NCBI GenBank assembly: GCA_024275095.1
Contig: JAJRZV010000017.1
Span: 1 to 54,543, forward strand
DNA: 54,543 nt
Direction: 5' to 3'
Source of the DNA: a bacterium
Lineage (GTDB): Bacteria; JAJRZV01
The notes beneath the pieces were generated by a model. The model was not told the DNA's origin. It saw only the letters and a list, made by a program, of their open reading frames with translations, and searched no databases. This document shows, piece after piece, positions 28,741 to 38,707 of this stretch. Position numbers and translations under genes: made by a program. Each line of letters begins with the position of its first letter. Position 1 is the first letter of the stretch.

Positions 28741-31233
28741 ATCTCGTCCCAGCACTTCTTCCTGTACAATGCCCACCGCGTCACTTTTTATCCACCCCAT
28801 TCTCCCGTCAGGTAGCTCAACAGCAAACCAGTCTCCTCGAACGCGTTTGACTTTGACCTCCGTGCCTTCGTGAATACGGAAAAGCACAGCGCTTTTCACA
28901 TCCGTGCCTGAAAACACCTTCACTTCCGGCACAACCACTACAGCATCCTTTTCGAAATAAAGCCCTTTCAGCGCCAGAAAAACGCAAACACCCGCGTATA
29001 GATAAACGCACGCAAGCACAGCGCAGAATGCTCTGAAGCGTCTTTTGAGGATGAAAAAAGAAAGTGCCATCCAGAACAGCCCGTGAAAAATCAAAAACAA
29101 AACGACCGCATATTTTACCGGCCAACTGAAAGGTGAAGAGAGTATGTGTACCAGTCGTCTGCTTGAAGGTGTCTGGAACCGGTCCTTGCGCTGCTTGCGG
29201 GCCATTGCGAGGTTCCACTTCAAATCCCCGTAGAAAGGAAGATAAAAAAGCGCAGCACGGTAGTGAAGCACAGCTTCGCCCACGTGGCCGCTACGATATG
29301 CTGCATTGCCTGCATTGTAAAGAATGTATCCGTTTCTCAAACCCTGCTGATAGAGTCGAAGAAAGGCCTGGCGTGCCTCTTCATAACGACCTTCGCTGTA
29401 AACCTTTACTGCGTGCTGAAAAACCTGCTGGGATGAACCCGGAATGTTGACCAGAACGAGAAAGAGAAGGGGAACAAAAGCCGAAGAAACCAGACCCCGA
29501 GCCTTTCTTTCCACATTTTTCAAAATACTCAGGAGTTCCTGAGACACTTTTTGAATGTTCAGTTCCCCTGAATACCCATAAATAGCGCTTTCCAGCTGTG
29601 AGACCAGGCCTTTCAATCTCTGAACCTCCTCCTCGGGGAGAAACCGTGCCATCAGTGCCACAGCCTCTTCAGGTGTAAAACTCCTCTCTCCACCTGTTTT
29701 AGCAGATGCATAATTCAGAAAAGCCTTCAGCAGTGATTCTGCATTACCCGCCCTTTTTACACCCTGTTTCAGCTCAGAAAATGCTCGATGTGCGGATCTT
29801 TCTTTTGCAAACAACCTTTCTCTGTGTCCCAACCATACATAACCCACAGCGAAAATGCCTAAGAGAACAGGGAAAACCAAAACTGTATAAAGGATTGCTG
29901 GATGAGGGAAAAGCCTCTGGCGACGAAGGGCGGCCTCTCCGGTATACACGTCAAAGATGTCCTCTGCGAGATTTTTCACTTCTTCTGCTGGCCGCTTCGT
30001 CATTGCGGCGGTTATTCTGGAAGATGCTTTAAGAGAAGGTTTCACATCAACCCTATACCTCAGCGGTGGAAATGCCCTGTATACCCCTTCTGCAGGGTCA
30101 AAATACACCAGTGTTTGACCTCCAGAGTTCAGTTCATACGTTCCTGGTTTTTCAGGCATGAGGGCTGCACGCAACAGAGCACGACCTTTCAACCCTTCTT
30201 CTGCAACCTGAACCTCAACCTGGGGTTCGTCAGGGAAAAAGCGGAAGCCCGGGAAAGTAAGTCCCTCGGGAAACCGCACATTCCGCAAATTACCCGTACC
30301 GGTGATTTCCAGGGTTAACGTAAGGGTTTCATCAGCGTTTATTTTTGAAGCGGAAAGTTTCCAGCGTCCCTCAAATCTCCCGATGAGCCCTGTAAATAGG
30401 GTTCCTGGAGGTGGGGGCGGCAACGACTTTACCCGAACTTTTATGGGTTCGGCCACGAGCACACGGCGCTGGTAGCGTCGCCCGCTGAAAAAATCCTCTT
30501 CAAAAAAATCCCACAGCGGATTGGTTTGATCCCTTCGTCCACGAGGACGCGGGACTTCAACGGTCACTCGAGCACCCTGGATTTTAAACTCCCCCGTACG
30601 TAGTGGATACATGGGGTAAATGATTTTTATTACATCGTATCGCTGGCCCTGGATGTACTCGAACCCTCTCTTCTGCACCGGACCATCCTTTACCGCGGGA
30701 TCAGGGACAAAATTTTGAATATCTATGCCGCTCAAGCCTGCATTTCTCAAACCCACACGTGTGTAAAGCTTCAGCACGTACGTAAACACCTGATTGATGT
30801 AGCCCTCCCGAGGCGTAACTTCTGCTTCGAGAAAAACAGGACGTTGTCCGCCTGCGCGCTGCCGTGCTGTCGTCTTTTTCACCTCGATATTTAAAGGCGG
30901 GGTCATCTTTACACCCGATGGAGTCTGAACCTTGATGGGAGGAATGGTCACTCGACCGGTACGCAGGGGAACAAGCACATAGCGATATGAGACAGTGGAC
31001 GTCATCTGGCCATTGATGATACTGACCTGCGTGGATGAAGAGGTGGAAACAATTTGAAAATCCTGAAGTTCGGGAAGTTGGGGTTCACCTTCCTCCCCGG
31101 AAACCTCTATGGTGAGGGTAAAACTTTCCCCAAGACCCACAACCGTACGCGAAAGATATGCACGCACATCTGCTTGGGCCCGGGCTGTTGCAAAGAAAAA
31201 AAGTAATACAATACTACCAGTTTTTGCCCACAC
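28729..31233 (-). CDS. batD: BatD-family protein fused to a BatE-like TPR-SH3 module
   Basis: SSSTQVSIING and LTLEITGTGN...YFDP BatD repeats, TM, then TPRs (LYNAGNAAYR) and SH3b (IHEGTEV...WFAVELPDGRMGWI). Confidence 0.85.
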   Translation of the reverse strand: MWAKTGSIVLLFFFATARAQADVRAYLSRTVVGLGESFTLTIEVSGEEGEPQLPELQDFQIVSTSSSTQVSIINGQMTSTVSYRYVLVPLRTGRVTIPPIKVQTPSGVKMTPPLNIEVKKTTARQRAGGQRPVFLEAEVTPREGYINQVFTYVLKLYTRVGLRNAGLSGIDIQNFVPDPAVKDGPVQKRGFEYIQGQRYDVIKIIYPMYPLRTGEFKIQGARVTVEVPRPRGRRDQTNPLWDFFEEDFFSGRRYQRRVLVAEPIKVRVKSLPPPPPGTLFTGLIGRFEGRWKLSASKINADETLTLTLEITGTGNLRNVRFPEGLTFPGFRFFPDEPQVEVQVAEEGLKGRALLRAALMPEKPGTYELNSGGQTLVYFDPAEGVYRAFPPLRYRVDVKPSLKASSRITAAMTKRPAEEVKNLAEDIFDVYTGEAALRRQRLFPHPAILYTVLVFPVLLGIFAVGYVWLGHRERLFAKERSAHRAFSELKQGVKRAGNAESLLKAFLNYASAKTGGERSFTPEEAVALMARFLPEEEVQRLKGLVSQLESAIYGYSGELNIQKVSQELLSILKNVERKARGLVSSAFVPLLFLVLVNIPGSSQQVFQHAVKVYSEGRYEEARQAFLRLYQQGLRNGYILYNAGNAAYRSGHVGEAVLHYRAALFYLPFYGDLKWNLAMARKQRKDRFQTPSSRRLVHILSSPFSWPVKYAVVLFLIFHGLFWMALSFFILKRRFRAFCAVLACVYLYAGVCVFLALKGLYFEKDAVVVVPEVKVFSGTDVKSAVLFRIHEGTEVKVKRVRGDWFAVELPDGRMGWIKSDAVGIVQEEVLGRDSGV

Positions 31234-31921
31234 CGGGTGTCCCCCCCCTGATTCTTCTCTTTTTCTTCGGAAGCTGAGGGCGGTGTTCCTTCATGCCCTG
31301 AAGTAACATTTCCGCGGCCTCTCGCGAGATCTTTCTTTTTTTCTGCCGGGGTCTGCCCACCCCTGCCTTTTCTTCTCTCTTTTTCTCCTCTTGCTTTTCG
31401 CTGGTCTGTTGCTGTTGTTTTTTATTTTTCTCTTCTGTACCGCGTTTTTCCGCCATTCGTTGAGCAGTCTGTTGTGCTTTCCTCTTCATTTTTTTAAGCA
31501 ATCGCTCCGTAAAAGCAAGATTTCTTTTCGCATCTTTATCCTGCGGATCAATTTTCAGGGCCTGGCGATATGCAGCAATCGCATCCACAAGACGTCCCTG
31601 GCGGAAAAATGTGTTTCCCAAATTGAACCATGCCTTCTCTTTAAGCCTCTCATCTTTTGCCCTGGCGATGGCCGTGAGAAAGCTCTTCTCCGCTTTTTTG
31701 TAATCTTTCATCTTATACGCGGCATTGCCGAGATTGTAGTGAAGCTCTGCAGCTTCAGGCCTTTTTACCAGCGCTTCTGTAAAAGCAGACGAGGCCTTTT
31801 CATACTCCTTTTGCCTGTAAAACTTTACACCCTCACGAAAAGAAGATGCCGAGGTGTGTACCGCGTGACCCACCATAAAGCACAGTAAAGCGATGGCCGT
31901 GACCGGAACTCTCACATCCAC
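31214..31921 (-). CDS. BatC-like TPR protein
   Basis: HYNLGNAAYK, WFNLGNTFF, YRQALKIDPQDKDAKRNL, Q/K/E-rich tail ending KNW. Likely start GTG 31921 with SD GGAGG. Confidence 0.85.
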   Translation of the reverse strand: MDVRVPVTAIALLCFMVGHAVHTSASSFREGVKFYRQKEYEKASSAFTEALVKRPEAAELHYNLGNAAYKMKDYKKAEKSFLTAIARAKDERLKEKAWFNLGNTFFRQGRLVDAIAAYRQALKIDPQDKDAKRNLAFTERLLKKMKRKAQQTAQRMAEKRGTEEKNKKQQQQTSEKQEEKKREEKAGVGRPRQKKRKISREAAEMLLQGMKEHRPQLPKKKRRIRGGTPGVGKNW

Positions 31922-32895
31922 TTCTCCTCCGCAAAAACGAAAAGGGCCAGGCATAAAAGAGCCAGGGCAAGCGGATACTGGAATCTTTCCTCCCAGATTT
32001 TCCGCCTTTTCTCCTCTATGCGAGTGCGTTCCAGATTTTTCAAATGTTCCTTATACAAATATGCAAGCTGCATGTCGCCTCCTGATGCCTGAACAAATGC
32101 ACCACCTGTAAGAAGAGCTGCTTCCCTTAACGCCTCTTCGTTCACATGGGTGACAACGATGTTCCCCTGTGAATCCTTGAGAAAACCGCCCTCAGGCAGG
32201 GGTATGGGAGCCCCTTCAGAGGTCCCGACCGCCACTGTGTAGAGGACAACCTTTGAATCCTCCGCCCGCTTGACCGCTTCCTTAAATCGGCCGCTGTGGT
32301 CTTCTCCGTCAGTGATAAGAATTATAGCGCCCTGGCCTTCACCAGACCGCTCAATCATATCAAGAGCGGTATTGAGTGCGGCGTAAAGATTCGTGCCCTG
32401 AAGGGTGATCATCTCTGGATCTGCATCCTTAAGAAATTCCTGAAAAGCATCATAATCCACGGTTAATGGACACAACGGTACCGCCGCTCCTGCAAAGGCA
32501 ACCAGCCCGACTCGATCACCCTGCAATGTCTGCAAGAGATGTCGTATCTCCATTTTCGCCCGCTGAAGGCGAGATGGTTTTACATCTGTGGCGCGCATGC
32601 TGTTTGATACATCAAGTGCAATAACAATATCTGCTCCTTTATACCTTACCCTCTCATAATGATAACCCCAGCGCGGTCCCATGAGAGCAATGACACAAAA
32701 GATCATAAAAAAGATAAACAAAAGGGCAATCCACGCATTGGGGCGCGGTCGGCCTGTAACAATCGATACGATCAGCTCGGAGTCCGCCAGGTGACGAGAC
32801 ATCAGGCGGCGGCGATAGAGACAAAAAAGCCAGAATGCGACAATCACAGGCACAAGCCAGACGAGATGCAGATAGCCAAAATCGCTGAATGTCAC
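31912..32895 (-). CDS. BatB-like VWA-domain membrane protein
   Basis: PRWG, DVSNSM (MIDAS), DVKPSRL, PLTVDY, ITDGEDH. GTG 32895 overlaps the BatA stop. Confidence 0.9.
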   Translation of the reverse strand: MTFSDFGYLHLVWLVPVIVAFWLFCLYRRRLMSRHLADSELIVSIVTGRPRPNAWIALLFIFFMIFCVIALMGPRWGYHYERVRYKGADIVIALDVSNSMRATDVKPSRLQRAKMEIRHLLQTLQGDRVGLVAFAGAAVPLCPLTVDYDAFQEFLKDADPEMITLQGTNLYAALNTALDMIERSGEGQGAIILITDGEDHSGRFKEAVKRAEDSKVVLYTVAVGTSEGAPIPLPEGGFLKDSQGNIVVTHVNEEALREAALLTGGAFVQASGGDMQLAYLYKEHLKNLERTRIEEKRRKIWEERFQYPLALALLCLALFVFAEEKWM

Positions 32896-33890
32896 GGCAT
32901 TCTCCTTAAAGCAGAATGGGAAAGCAGGAATGCTCCTACTGCCATCAGAAATGCCGGTAGAAGAAAGAACCGGTATTCCTCGCGATATTCCGCCCACGAA
33001 CGCATCTTGCGCTCCGTTTTCTCCAGCCGATCGATGGTATCGTACACCTCCTCTAACTCTCGGGGAGAGGAAGCGCGAAAGTACCGTCCTCCCGTTGCAT
33101 TCGCCACAGCTCGCAGGGTCTTTTCGTCCAGTTGTACGCGCTGGTATACAATTCGAGGACCGAAAAGCGTCTCCACCCGAAAGGGTGAGCGCCCTTCCAC
33201 CCCAATCCCGACAGTATAAATACGAATGTGGTAACTCCGCGCAATATCCGCAGCTTCCTCAGGGGAAAGCTGACCTGCATTGTTTCTGCCGTCCGTAAGA
33301 GCAACGATAATTTTTGATTTGGACTTCAGCTTTCTGAGGCGCTTAACGGCAAGGGCGAGGGCATCTCCGAGAGCCGTGCTATCACCGGCAATCCCCACCT
33401 CTAAGGTTTCAAGAAAACCCTTAAGAAGAGCATAATCCACTGTCAACGGGCATTGAGTAAAAGCATACTCTCCGAACACCACAAGGCCGATGCGGTCACC
33501 CTCGCGTTTGTCAATGAAATCCGCAATCACGTCCTTGGCCACCTGGAAACGCGTTTTGCGGCGTTGGCCTTCGGAAAAATCCAGAGCTTTCATGCTGCCG
33601 GAGGCATCAAGCACCAGCATCATGTCCACACCGGTGGTGATGACCTCATGATGAACAGTACCTGCCTGTGGGCGCGCAAGAGCAAACACGCCCAGAGACA
33701 GCGAAGCAAAATAAAGTGCCCTCACAATGTGCCGAAAGCGAACACGCCACCCCTGGACTTGTACCGATTTAAGAACACCCGCAGGATACAGCAGGCGCCT
33801 TCGCTTCTCGTACCTCAGGTGCAGGAAAAGCAACAGGGGAATCGCCAGCAAAAGCACCAGGAAAGCGGGATCTTCAAACTTCCAGTGCAT
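32892..33890 (-). CDS. BatA-like VWA-domain membrane protein
   Basis: LARPQ, DASGSM (MIDAS), DRIGLVVF, TALGDAL, LTDGRNNAG, TGGRYFRA, IDRLEKT. Confidence 0.92.
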   Translation of the reverse strand: MHWKFEDPAFLVLLLAIPLLLFLHLRYEKRRRLLYPAGVLKSVQVQGWRVRFRHIVRALYFASLSLGVFALARPQAGTVHHEVITTGVDMMLVLDASGSMKALDFSEGQRRKTRFQVAKDVIADFIDKREGDRIGLVVFGEYAFTQCPLTVDYALLKGFLETLEVGIAGDSTALGDALALAVKRLRKLKSKSKIIVALTDGRNNAGQLSPEEAADIARSYHIRIYTVGIGVEGRSPFRVETLFGPRIVYQRVQLDEKTLRAVANATGGRYFRASSPRELEEVYDTIDRLEKTERKMRSWAEYREEYRFFLLPAFLMAVGAFLLSHSALRRMP

Positions 33891-34803
33891 CTTCCTTCCT
33901 TTTCTTCACATCCTCAATGTACTTTTGAACCACCTGGAAATGCTTTATCGCTTTCTCTTTCTCAAGCACTGCTCCTGCGTATCGGGGAAGATCCGAAGCC
34001 TCAAAGAAGTCCCTAAGTTCACCAGAATATCCGGGCAACCGGTGCAGCTCGGAAAGGATTTCTTCTGTGGTCATCTCCAGGGCCGGAAAATGGTATGTTT
34101 CTTCCAGGAAACGGCGAAAAATTTCGCTGAGCTGAAAATAAAAGCCTCGAAAGTCTCCCTTCTCAAGCAACTCCCTTTCTCTTAACGACTCAAGCGCCCG
34201 AAAAGCCACTGTCCACGGAGGCTCAGGAGGCCGTACCGAGCGCCTGTTCTTCAGGTATACAGCGGCCAATACTGTCCCACCAATAATGACAATTATTGCC
34301 ACCGGGAGAACAACCCATAGAGGATTTAATGGAGGAGAAATCACATCTTTTATATCCACAATATCACGCATGCCCCTGGTAAGGTCTTCGGGCCAGCCTG
34401 CCTGAATATAAAACTCAGGAGTCGCAGCAGTTCCTGTTATTCCTCCGGGCAGTGAATAAAAAAATGCAAAAGAAGGGATGTGGTACGCTCCCTCCAGATC
34501 CGCAACGAGCTGAAACTCTTTTTTCACCACAAGAAATCTATTATTAAGCCGATGCTTCTCTTCCTTTATGTCCACAATACGCAGTGCCGTAATACCTCGA
34601 TCAAACTCAGGCCACTTCAATTGTGCATCGGCCTGAAATTCCACCTCCACGGTGTAAGAGAAAGGCTCCAGAGGAGAAACCACGGAACTGGACACGGAAG
34701 CATCCACAAGAACGGGAGCGGAAACAGCCTCGCGGGCGTGAAGAGGGAGCTGTCCTGTCCGGGTACACCCGGCAAGGATAAAAATGAGGAAAATACGCTT
34801 CAC
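33874..34803 (-). CDS. Bat-operon membrane protein (BatD-like Ig domain, TM helix, helical tail)
   Basis: Lipobox-like LAGC, DIVDIKD, TM helix, PPWTVAFRAL, LSEIFRRFLE, ALEMTTEE. Confidence 0.8.
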   Translation of the reverse strand: MKRIFLIFILAGCTRTGQLPLHAREAVSAPVLVDASVSSSVVSPLEPFSYTVEVEFQADAQLKWPEFDRGITALRIVDIKEEKHRLNNRFLVVKKEFQLVADLEGAYHIPSFAFFYSLPGGITGTAATPEFYIQAGWPEDLTRGMRDIVDIKDVISPPLNPLWVVLPVAIIVIIGGTVLAAVYLKNRRSVRPPEPPWTVAFRALESLRERELLEKGDFRGFYFQLSEIFRRFLEETYHFPALEMTTEEILSELHRLPGYSGELRDFFEASDLPRYAGAVLEKEKAIKHFQVVQKYIEDVKKRKEDALEV

Positions 34804-35969
34804 CGGCCCATCCCAAAATACTTCACACGACCTTCGCGCACCTCTTTCTCCAGCAAATCGGAGAGGAACTCGTTTACACGGCGTGCAGTATAGGCAGCGA
34901 GCACCTGAACCCGGACTTCATCAAAATCCGGTATCTCCTTACCCGACTTGGCCACCACCTTAAACAGATACGTCTGAGAACCACAAACAAAAGGGCCAAC
35001 AACGTCATTTTCATTCGCCCGATAAAGTGCAGGTATCACATTCGGCCCGCATGATATCTGCGGTGGAATCTTACCGTTGACAACTGCGGTTTCACCGGCC
35101 ATGCCCTTTCCTGCCGAGCGATAAATCCCTTCAAAATCACCCTTGGCAGCATACTTCAACACGGACACATCGGATGGTGTCTCAGCACGCAGGTATTTCA
35201 CCTTTACCTTTCGATAACGTACAAACTCATCCTTATGAGCAAGGTAGTAATTTTGCAGGTCCTCTTCACCGGGCTTCATTTCCCGGAGTTTCTTCTCCAG
35301 AAATGCCTGGACAAGAATCTGCTGTGAGGCTTCTCGCATCCGTCTTGATACCTGAGGGTCTTTATCCAGTCCGGCCCTTTTGGCCAGCATAACAACCACC
35401 TGGCGGGCTACAAATTGACGTGCGAATTCATCAATTCTTTTTTCGATTTCTTTCCTTTCCTCCGGAGGCACATCATTCAGAGCTTCCCGCACTTCACTGG
35501 CATAAATCTTTCTGCTTCCTACTTCAGCCACAACCCTGTCCTTCTCAACCCCCTTGTTTCGAGGAGACGTGGTTCTGTCTAAGAAATATTGAGCTTGAGC
35601 AGATTTGCCTTCCGCCTCCAGGCAGGCCATAAGAATTTCATTGGCCTTCTTCTCAAGAGACCTTTCCCCTCCCGCCCTGAGCACCTCCAACACTTTCACC
35701 GAATCCCGACCCTGTCCATCACGGAAATAGAGTTCCCCTGCCTTGAGAAGCAGTTCAGCATTCCTTTCTCCATTCCAGTATGCTCTCACGTAAAGTTCCG
35801 CTGCCTCGTAATAAAATCCCTTGTCTTCCAGAGAAGCCGCTGCTCTTGTAAGCACTGAGGATGTGGACGAAGAGGCGTGCTCCCGGGAGAGAAGGAAGAG
35901 CAGCATCACTCCTTCAAGCAACACCGAAACAAGGAGAAAAATCAACACGCTGTAGCGCCATGCCTTCAT
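34800..35969 (-). CDS. Membrane-anchored TPR + SurA/PrsA-like chaperone with a degenerate parvulin (PpiC) domain
   Basis: N-terminal TM, TPR-like helices, VVAEVGSRKI, AKRAGLDKDP, LQNYYLAHKDEF, VGPF..YLFKV, FDEVRVQV. Confidence 0.75.
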   Translation of the reverse strand: MKAWRYSVLIFLLVSVLLEGVMLLFLLSREHASSSTSSVLTRAAASLEDKGFYYEAAELYVRAYWNGERNAELLLKAGELYFRDGQGRDSVKVLEVLRAGGERSLEKKANEILMACLEAEGKSAQAQYFLDRTTSPRNKGVEKDRVVAEVGSRKIYASEVREALNDVPPEERKEIEKRIDEFARQFVARQVVVMLAKRAGLDKDPQVSRRMREASQQILVQAFLEKKLREMKPGEEDLQNYYLAHKDEFVRYRKVKVKYLRAETPSDVSVLKYAAKGDFEGIYRSAGKGMAGETAVVNGKIPPQISCGPNVIPALYRANENDVVGPFVCGSQTYLFKVVAKSGKEIPDFDEVRVQVLAAYTARRVNEFLSDLLEKEVREGRVKYFGMGR

Positions 35970-36850
35970 GCGACCCTCACTCTTCTCTCACGAATACGAA
36001 AGAGATTTACAAGGGGTTTTACATAATCCTCACCGTTCCAGACAATCGTATAATCAAGACCGTTAGACCGAAACACGTCATTGAGGTACGCCATCCGTTT
36101 ATCAAAACCCTCCCTCACCCTTCGGCGCACTATTGGATCGCTGGCATCAACCCACAATTTCTCTCCAGACTCCGGATCCTCTATCCCCAGTAATCCCACA
36201 GGAGGCAACTCCCTTTCTATGGGATCTTTTATCACCACCGGAATAATGTCGTGTTTTCGAGATGCCACGGCCAGGGCACTCTCAAAATCTTCATCCTCAA
36301 AATCAGAAATTAAAAAAACCACAGCACCCCTGCGCAGCGCACCCGTAATGTGGTTCAGGGAAGTCGCGATGCTCGTGCCGCGTCCAAGTGGCCTGGCTGT
36401 GAGTACCTGCCGTATAACCCTCCACACGTGTGAAGACCCTTTGCGCGGTGGTACGAACTCCTCCACGTGGTCGGTAAAAAGGACCAGTGCGACCTTGTCG
36501 TTATTGAACACGGCAGAAAAAGCAAGAACAGCAGCAATTTCCGCCATTGTTTCCCGTTTGAGGGAATGCCTGGAACCGGTTGAAACCGACGCACTCAGGT
36601 CCACGCACAAACACACTGTCAACTCTCTTTCTTCTCTATGCACCTTCACATAAGGCCGATTCATGCGCGCCGTAACATTCCAGTCAATGTTGCGCACATC
36701 ATCCCCCGGCGTGTACTCACGCACTTCCTCAAAGGCAAGTCCTCGTCCTTTAAAGGCGCTGTGGTATTGACCGGCCATCACTTCGTTCACAATGCGCGTG
36801 CTCATAATGTGCACGCGCCGAATGCGTGAAATAACCTCGGGCGAAAGCAC
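35966..36850 (-). CDS. DUF58 VWA-like MoxR partner
   Basis: GRGLAFEEVREYTPGDDVRNIDWNVTAR, EERE, NNDKV, LISDF. Likely start GTG 36850. Confidence 0.93.
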   Translation of the reverse strand: MLSPEVISRIRRVHIMSTRIVNEVMAGQYHSAFKGRGLAFEEVREYTPGDDVRNIDWNVTARMNRPYVKVHREERELTVCLCVDLSASVSTGSRHSLKRETMAEIAAVLAFSAVFNNDKVALVLFTDHVEEFVPPRKGSSHVWRVIRQVLTARPLGRGTSIATSLNHITGALRRGAVVFLISDFEDEDFESALAVASRKHDIIPVVIKDPIERELPPVGLLGIEDPESGEKLWVDASDPIVRRRVREGFDKRMAYLNDVFRSNGLDYTIVWNGEDYVKPLVNLFRIRERRVRVA

Positions 36851-36851
36851 C

Positions 36852-37835
36852 TCAGGGCACCTCCACCCGTTGCAAAATCTGGGTGATAATCTGATCCGAA
36901 GTGACGCCTTCTGCCTCTCCTTCGTAGGAAAGAATAATTCGATGCCTGAGAACATCATTAGCAATGTCCTTGACATCCTGCGGCGTTACATACGGACGCC
37001 CTTTGAGAAACGCCATGGCCCGAGCCCCCAGAGCGAGATAAATACTGGCACGGGGTGAAGCTCCGTATTCAATCCATCCTGTTATCTCCTTCAGTCCAAA
37101 CTCTTCAGGGCTGCGTGTTGCAAAAACCACATCCACAATGTAATCCCGCACCTTCTCGTCCATGTGAATATCTTTAACAAGTTGCCGGGCCTCAAGAATG
37201 AACTCGGGACCTGCAATTTTCTTCACCTCAGGAAACCCTTCTATGGCTCGTCGCACAATTTCCTTTTCTTCTTCCTTGGAAGGATAATCCACATTGACCT
37301 TGAGCATAAACCGGTCAACCTGGGCCTCAGGCAACGGGTATGTCCCCTCCTGTTCAATGGGGTTCTGTGTGGCCATCACAAGATACGGTTCCTCGACGTG
37401 AAACGTATTTTCTCCTATGGTCACCTGCTTCTCCTGCATCACTTCAAGGAGTGCGCTCTGAACCTTGGCCGGTGCCCGGTTAATCTCATCAGCCAGAAGT
37501 ATATTGGTGAACACCGGACCTTTCTTTACGGAAAAAGTGCCTGTTCGGTAATCGTATATTTCAGTACCGATAATGTCCGCTGGCAGCAGGTCCGGGGTAA
37601 ATTGAACCCGTGTAAAATTCACATCCAGTGCAGCAGCTACGGTCTTCACCGCTGTTGTTTTAGCCAGTCCCGGTACGCCTTCAAGAAGAATGTGCCCATC
37701 ACAAAGGATGGCCACGAGCATCCTGGTGAGCATGTATCGCTGGCCCACGATTACCCGATCCACCTCCGTCTCCAGCTCCTTGACCTTCAGGTTCATCTCC
37801 TCAATACGCTTTTGAAGTTCTGACATCTGAGCCAT
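36852..37835 (-). CDS. moxR: MoxR-family AAA+ ATPase
   Basis: EGVPGLAKT, QFTPDLLPAD, LADEINRAPAKVQSALLE, NPIEQEGTYPLPEAQVDRF, GASPRA. Confidence 0.96.
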   Translation of the reverse strand: MAQMSELQKRIEEMNLKVKELETEVDRVIVGQRYMLTRMLVAILCDGHILLEGVPGLAKTTAVKTVAAALDVNFTRVQFTPDLLPADIIGTEIYDYRTGTFSVKKGPVFTNILLADEINRAPAKVQSALLEVMQEKQVTIGENTFHVEEPYLVMATQNPIEQEGTYPLPEAQVDRFMLKVNVDYPSKEEEKEIVRRAIEGFPEVKKIAGPEFILEARQLVKDIHMDEKVRDYIVDVVFATRSPEEFGLKEITGWIEYGASPRASIYLALGARAMAFLKGRPYVTPQDVKDIANDVLRHRIILSYEGEAEGVTSDQIITQILQRVEVP

Positions 37836-37978
37836 GGTTTCCCCCGTTTTTTTGTATATCTACGACATGTGTTTTATCGTGTTTCACAAAAAAACCATCT
37901 TGTGTTTATACCCCTTGCCCGGGAAAAAATAAACGATTACGTAAAAGTCAGAGGTTCAACCCGTAAAACTCTGAACCG

Positions 37979-38530
37979 CTACGAGCCAACCTCTGCAAAT
38001 AAATCCGGGAAAGATTGGAAAAGATCTTTTAAACCACGGCCTTTACGCGCACGTTGAAAGAGAGAATGAATATCATCTCTATGCGGAAGTGTTTCCACGA
38101 TCCTGTAAAATACAGCTTCTTCCTCCTCCATATGATCTCGGAGATTTAGAAAAAGTTCCTTCAACAAAACCTTCAACCTTCTTGTCAGACGCACCTCTCC
38201 CATTTCAATCATATCTAAAGCAACGTGCGCCTTTTCTATAGCACGGGATATAGAAAAATGCTGATCAGAAAGACGCTTCCACCACGTGTCATCAGAGAGT
38301 ATCCCCCACTTTTTTACAAGAGGAAAAAGCACTTCTTCTGAAGGAAAATGAATGTCGAGCAGCAGAACACTGAAAAAATCCAGCGCTTTTTTCAACCTTT
38401 CACGTGCCTTTTTCCCTTCGCCCAGACGAATACCTTCCACCCATTTCACAACCTTCTCCACAGCCTCGTGCTCCTTTAAAAGCTCTTGTGTAATTTTTGA
38501 CATCGGCTCGACATTAACTTTTTCGCTCAC
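37979..38530 (-). CDS. Hemerythrin-like (HHE) domain protein
   Basis: LLKEH, HFPSEEVLFP, DQH and HMEEEE di-iron-type ligands. GTG start with SD GAGGGG. Confidence 0.8.
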   Translation of the reverse strand: MSEKVNVEPMSKITQELLKEHEAVEKVVKWVEGIRLGEGKKARERLKKALDFFSVLLLDIHFPSEEVLFPLVKKWGILSDDTWWKRLSDQHFSISRAIEKAHVALDMIEMGEVRLTRRLKVLLKELFLNLRDHMEEEEAVFYRIVETLPHRDDIHSLFQRARKGRGLKDLFQSFPDLFAEVGS

Positions 38531-38610
38531 AACTGTCCCCTCACCACCATTTGTTTTTTTCTCATATCTTGCATGTTATAACTGAAAAATCTTATTTGTA
38601 TATGACGTCT

Positions 38611-38704
38611 GTCACACCATCCATCTCTTTCATAATGGTGAGGGGCCGCCAGCCTGGCGGCTGGCGGTTGCCCTCGTGGGGATATGGCTGGAGAGGGAAG
38701 GACG
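38611..38704 (-). other. Structured intergenic element: GC hairpin within an imperfect longer rod
   Basis: Perfect stem CCGCCAGCC (38646-38654) / GGCTGGCGG (38659-38667), extended by GAGGG/CCCTC and CATA/TATG pairings. Confidence 0.5.
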
Positions 38705-38707
38705 GGT

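Noticed and set aside
38611..38704. SRP or 6S RNA identity for the intergenic rod
   Set aside because: No SRP domain IV motif (CAGG...GGAA...AGCAG), and the element seems too short for 6S. Kept only as an unassigned structure.
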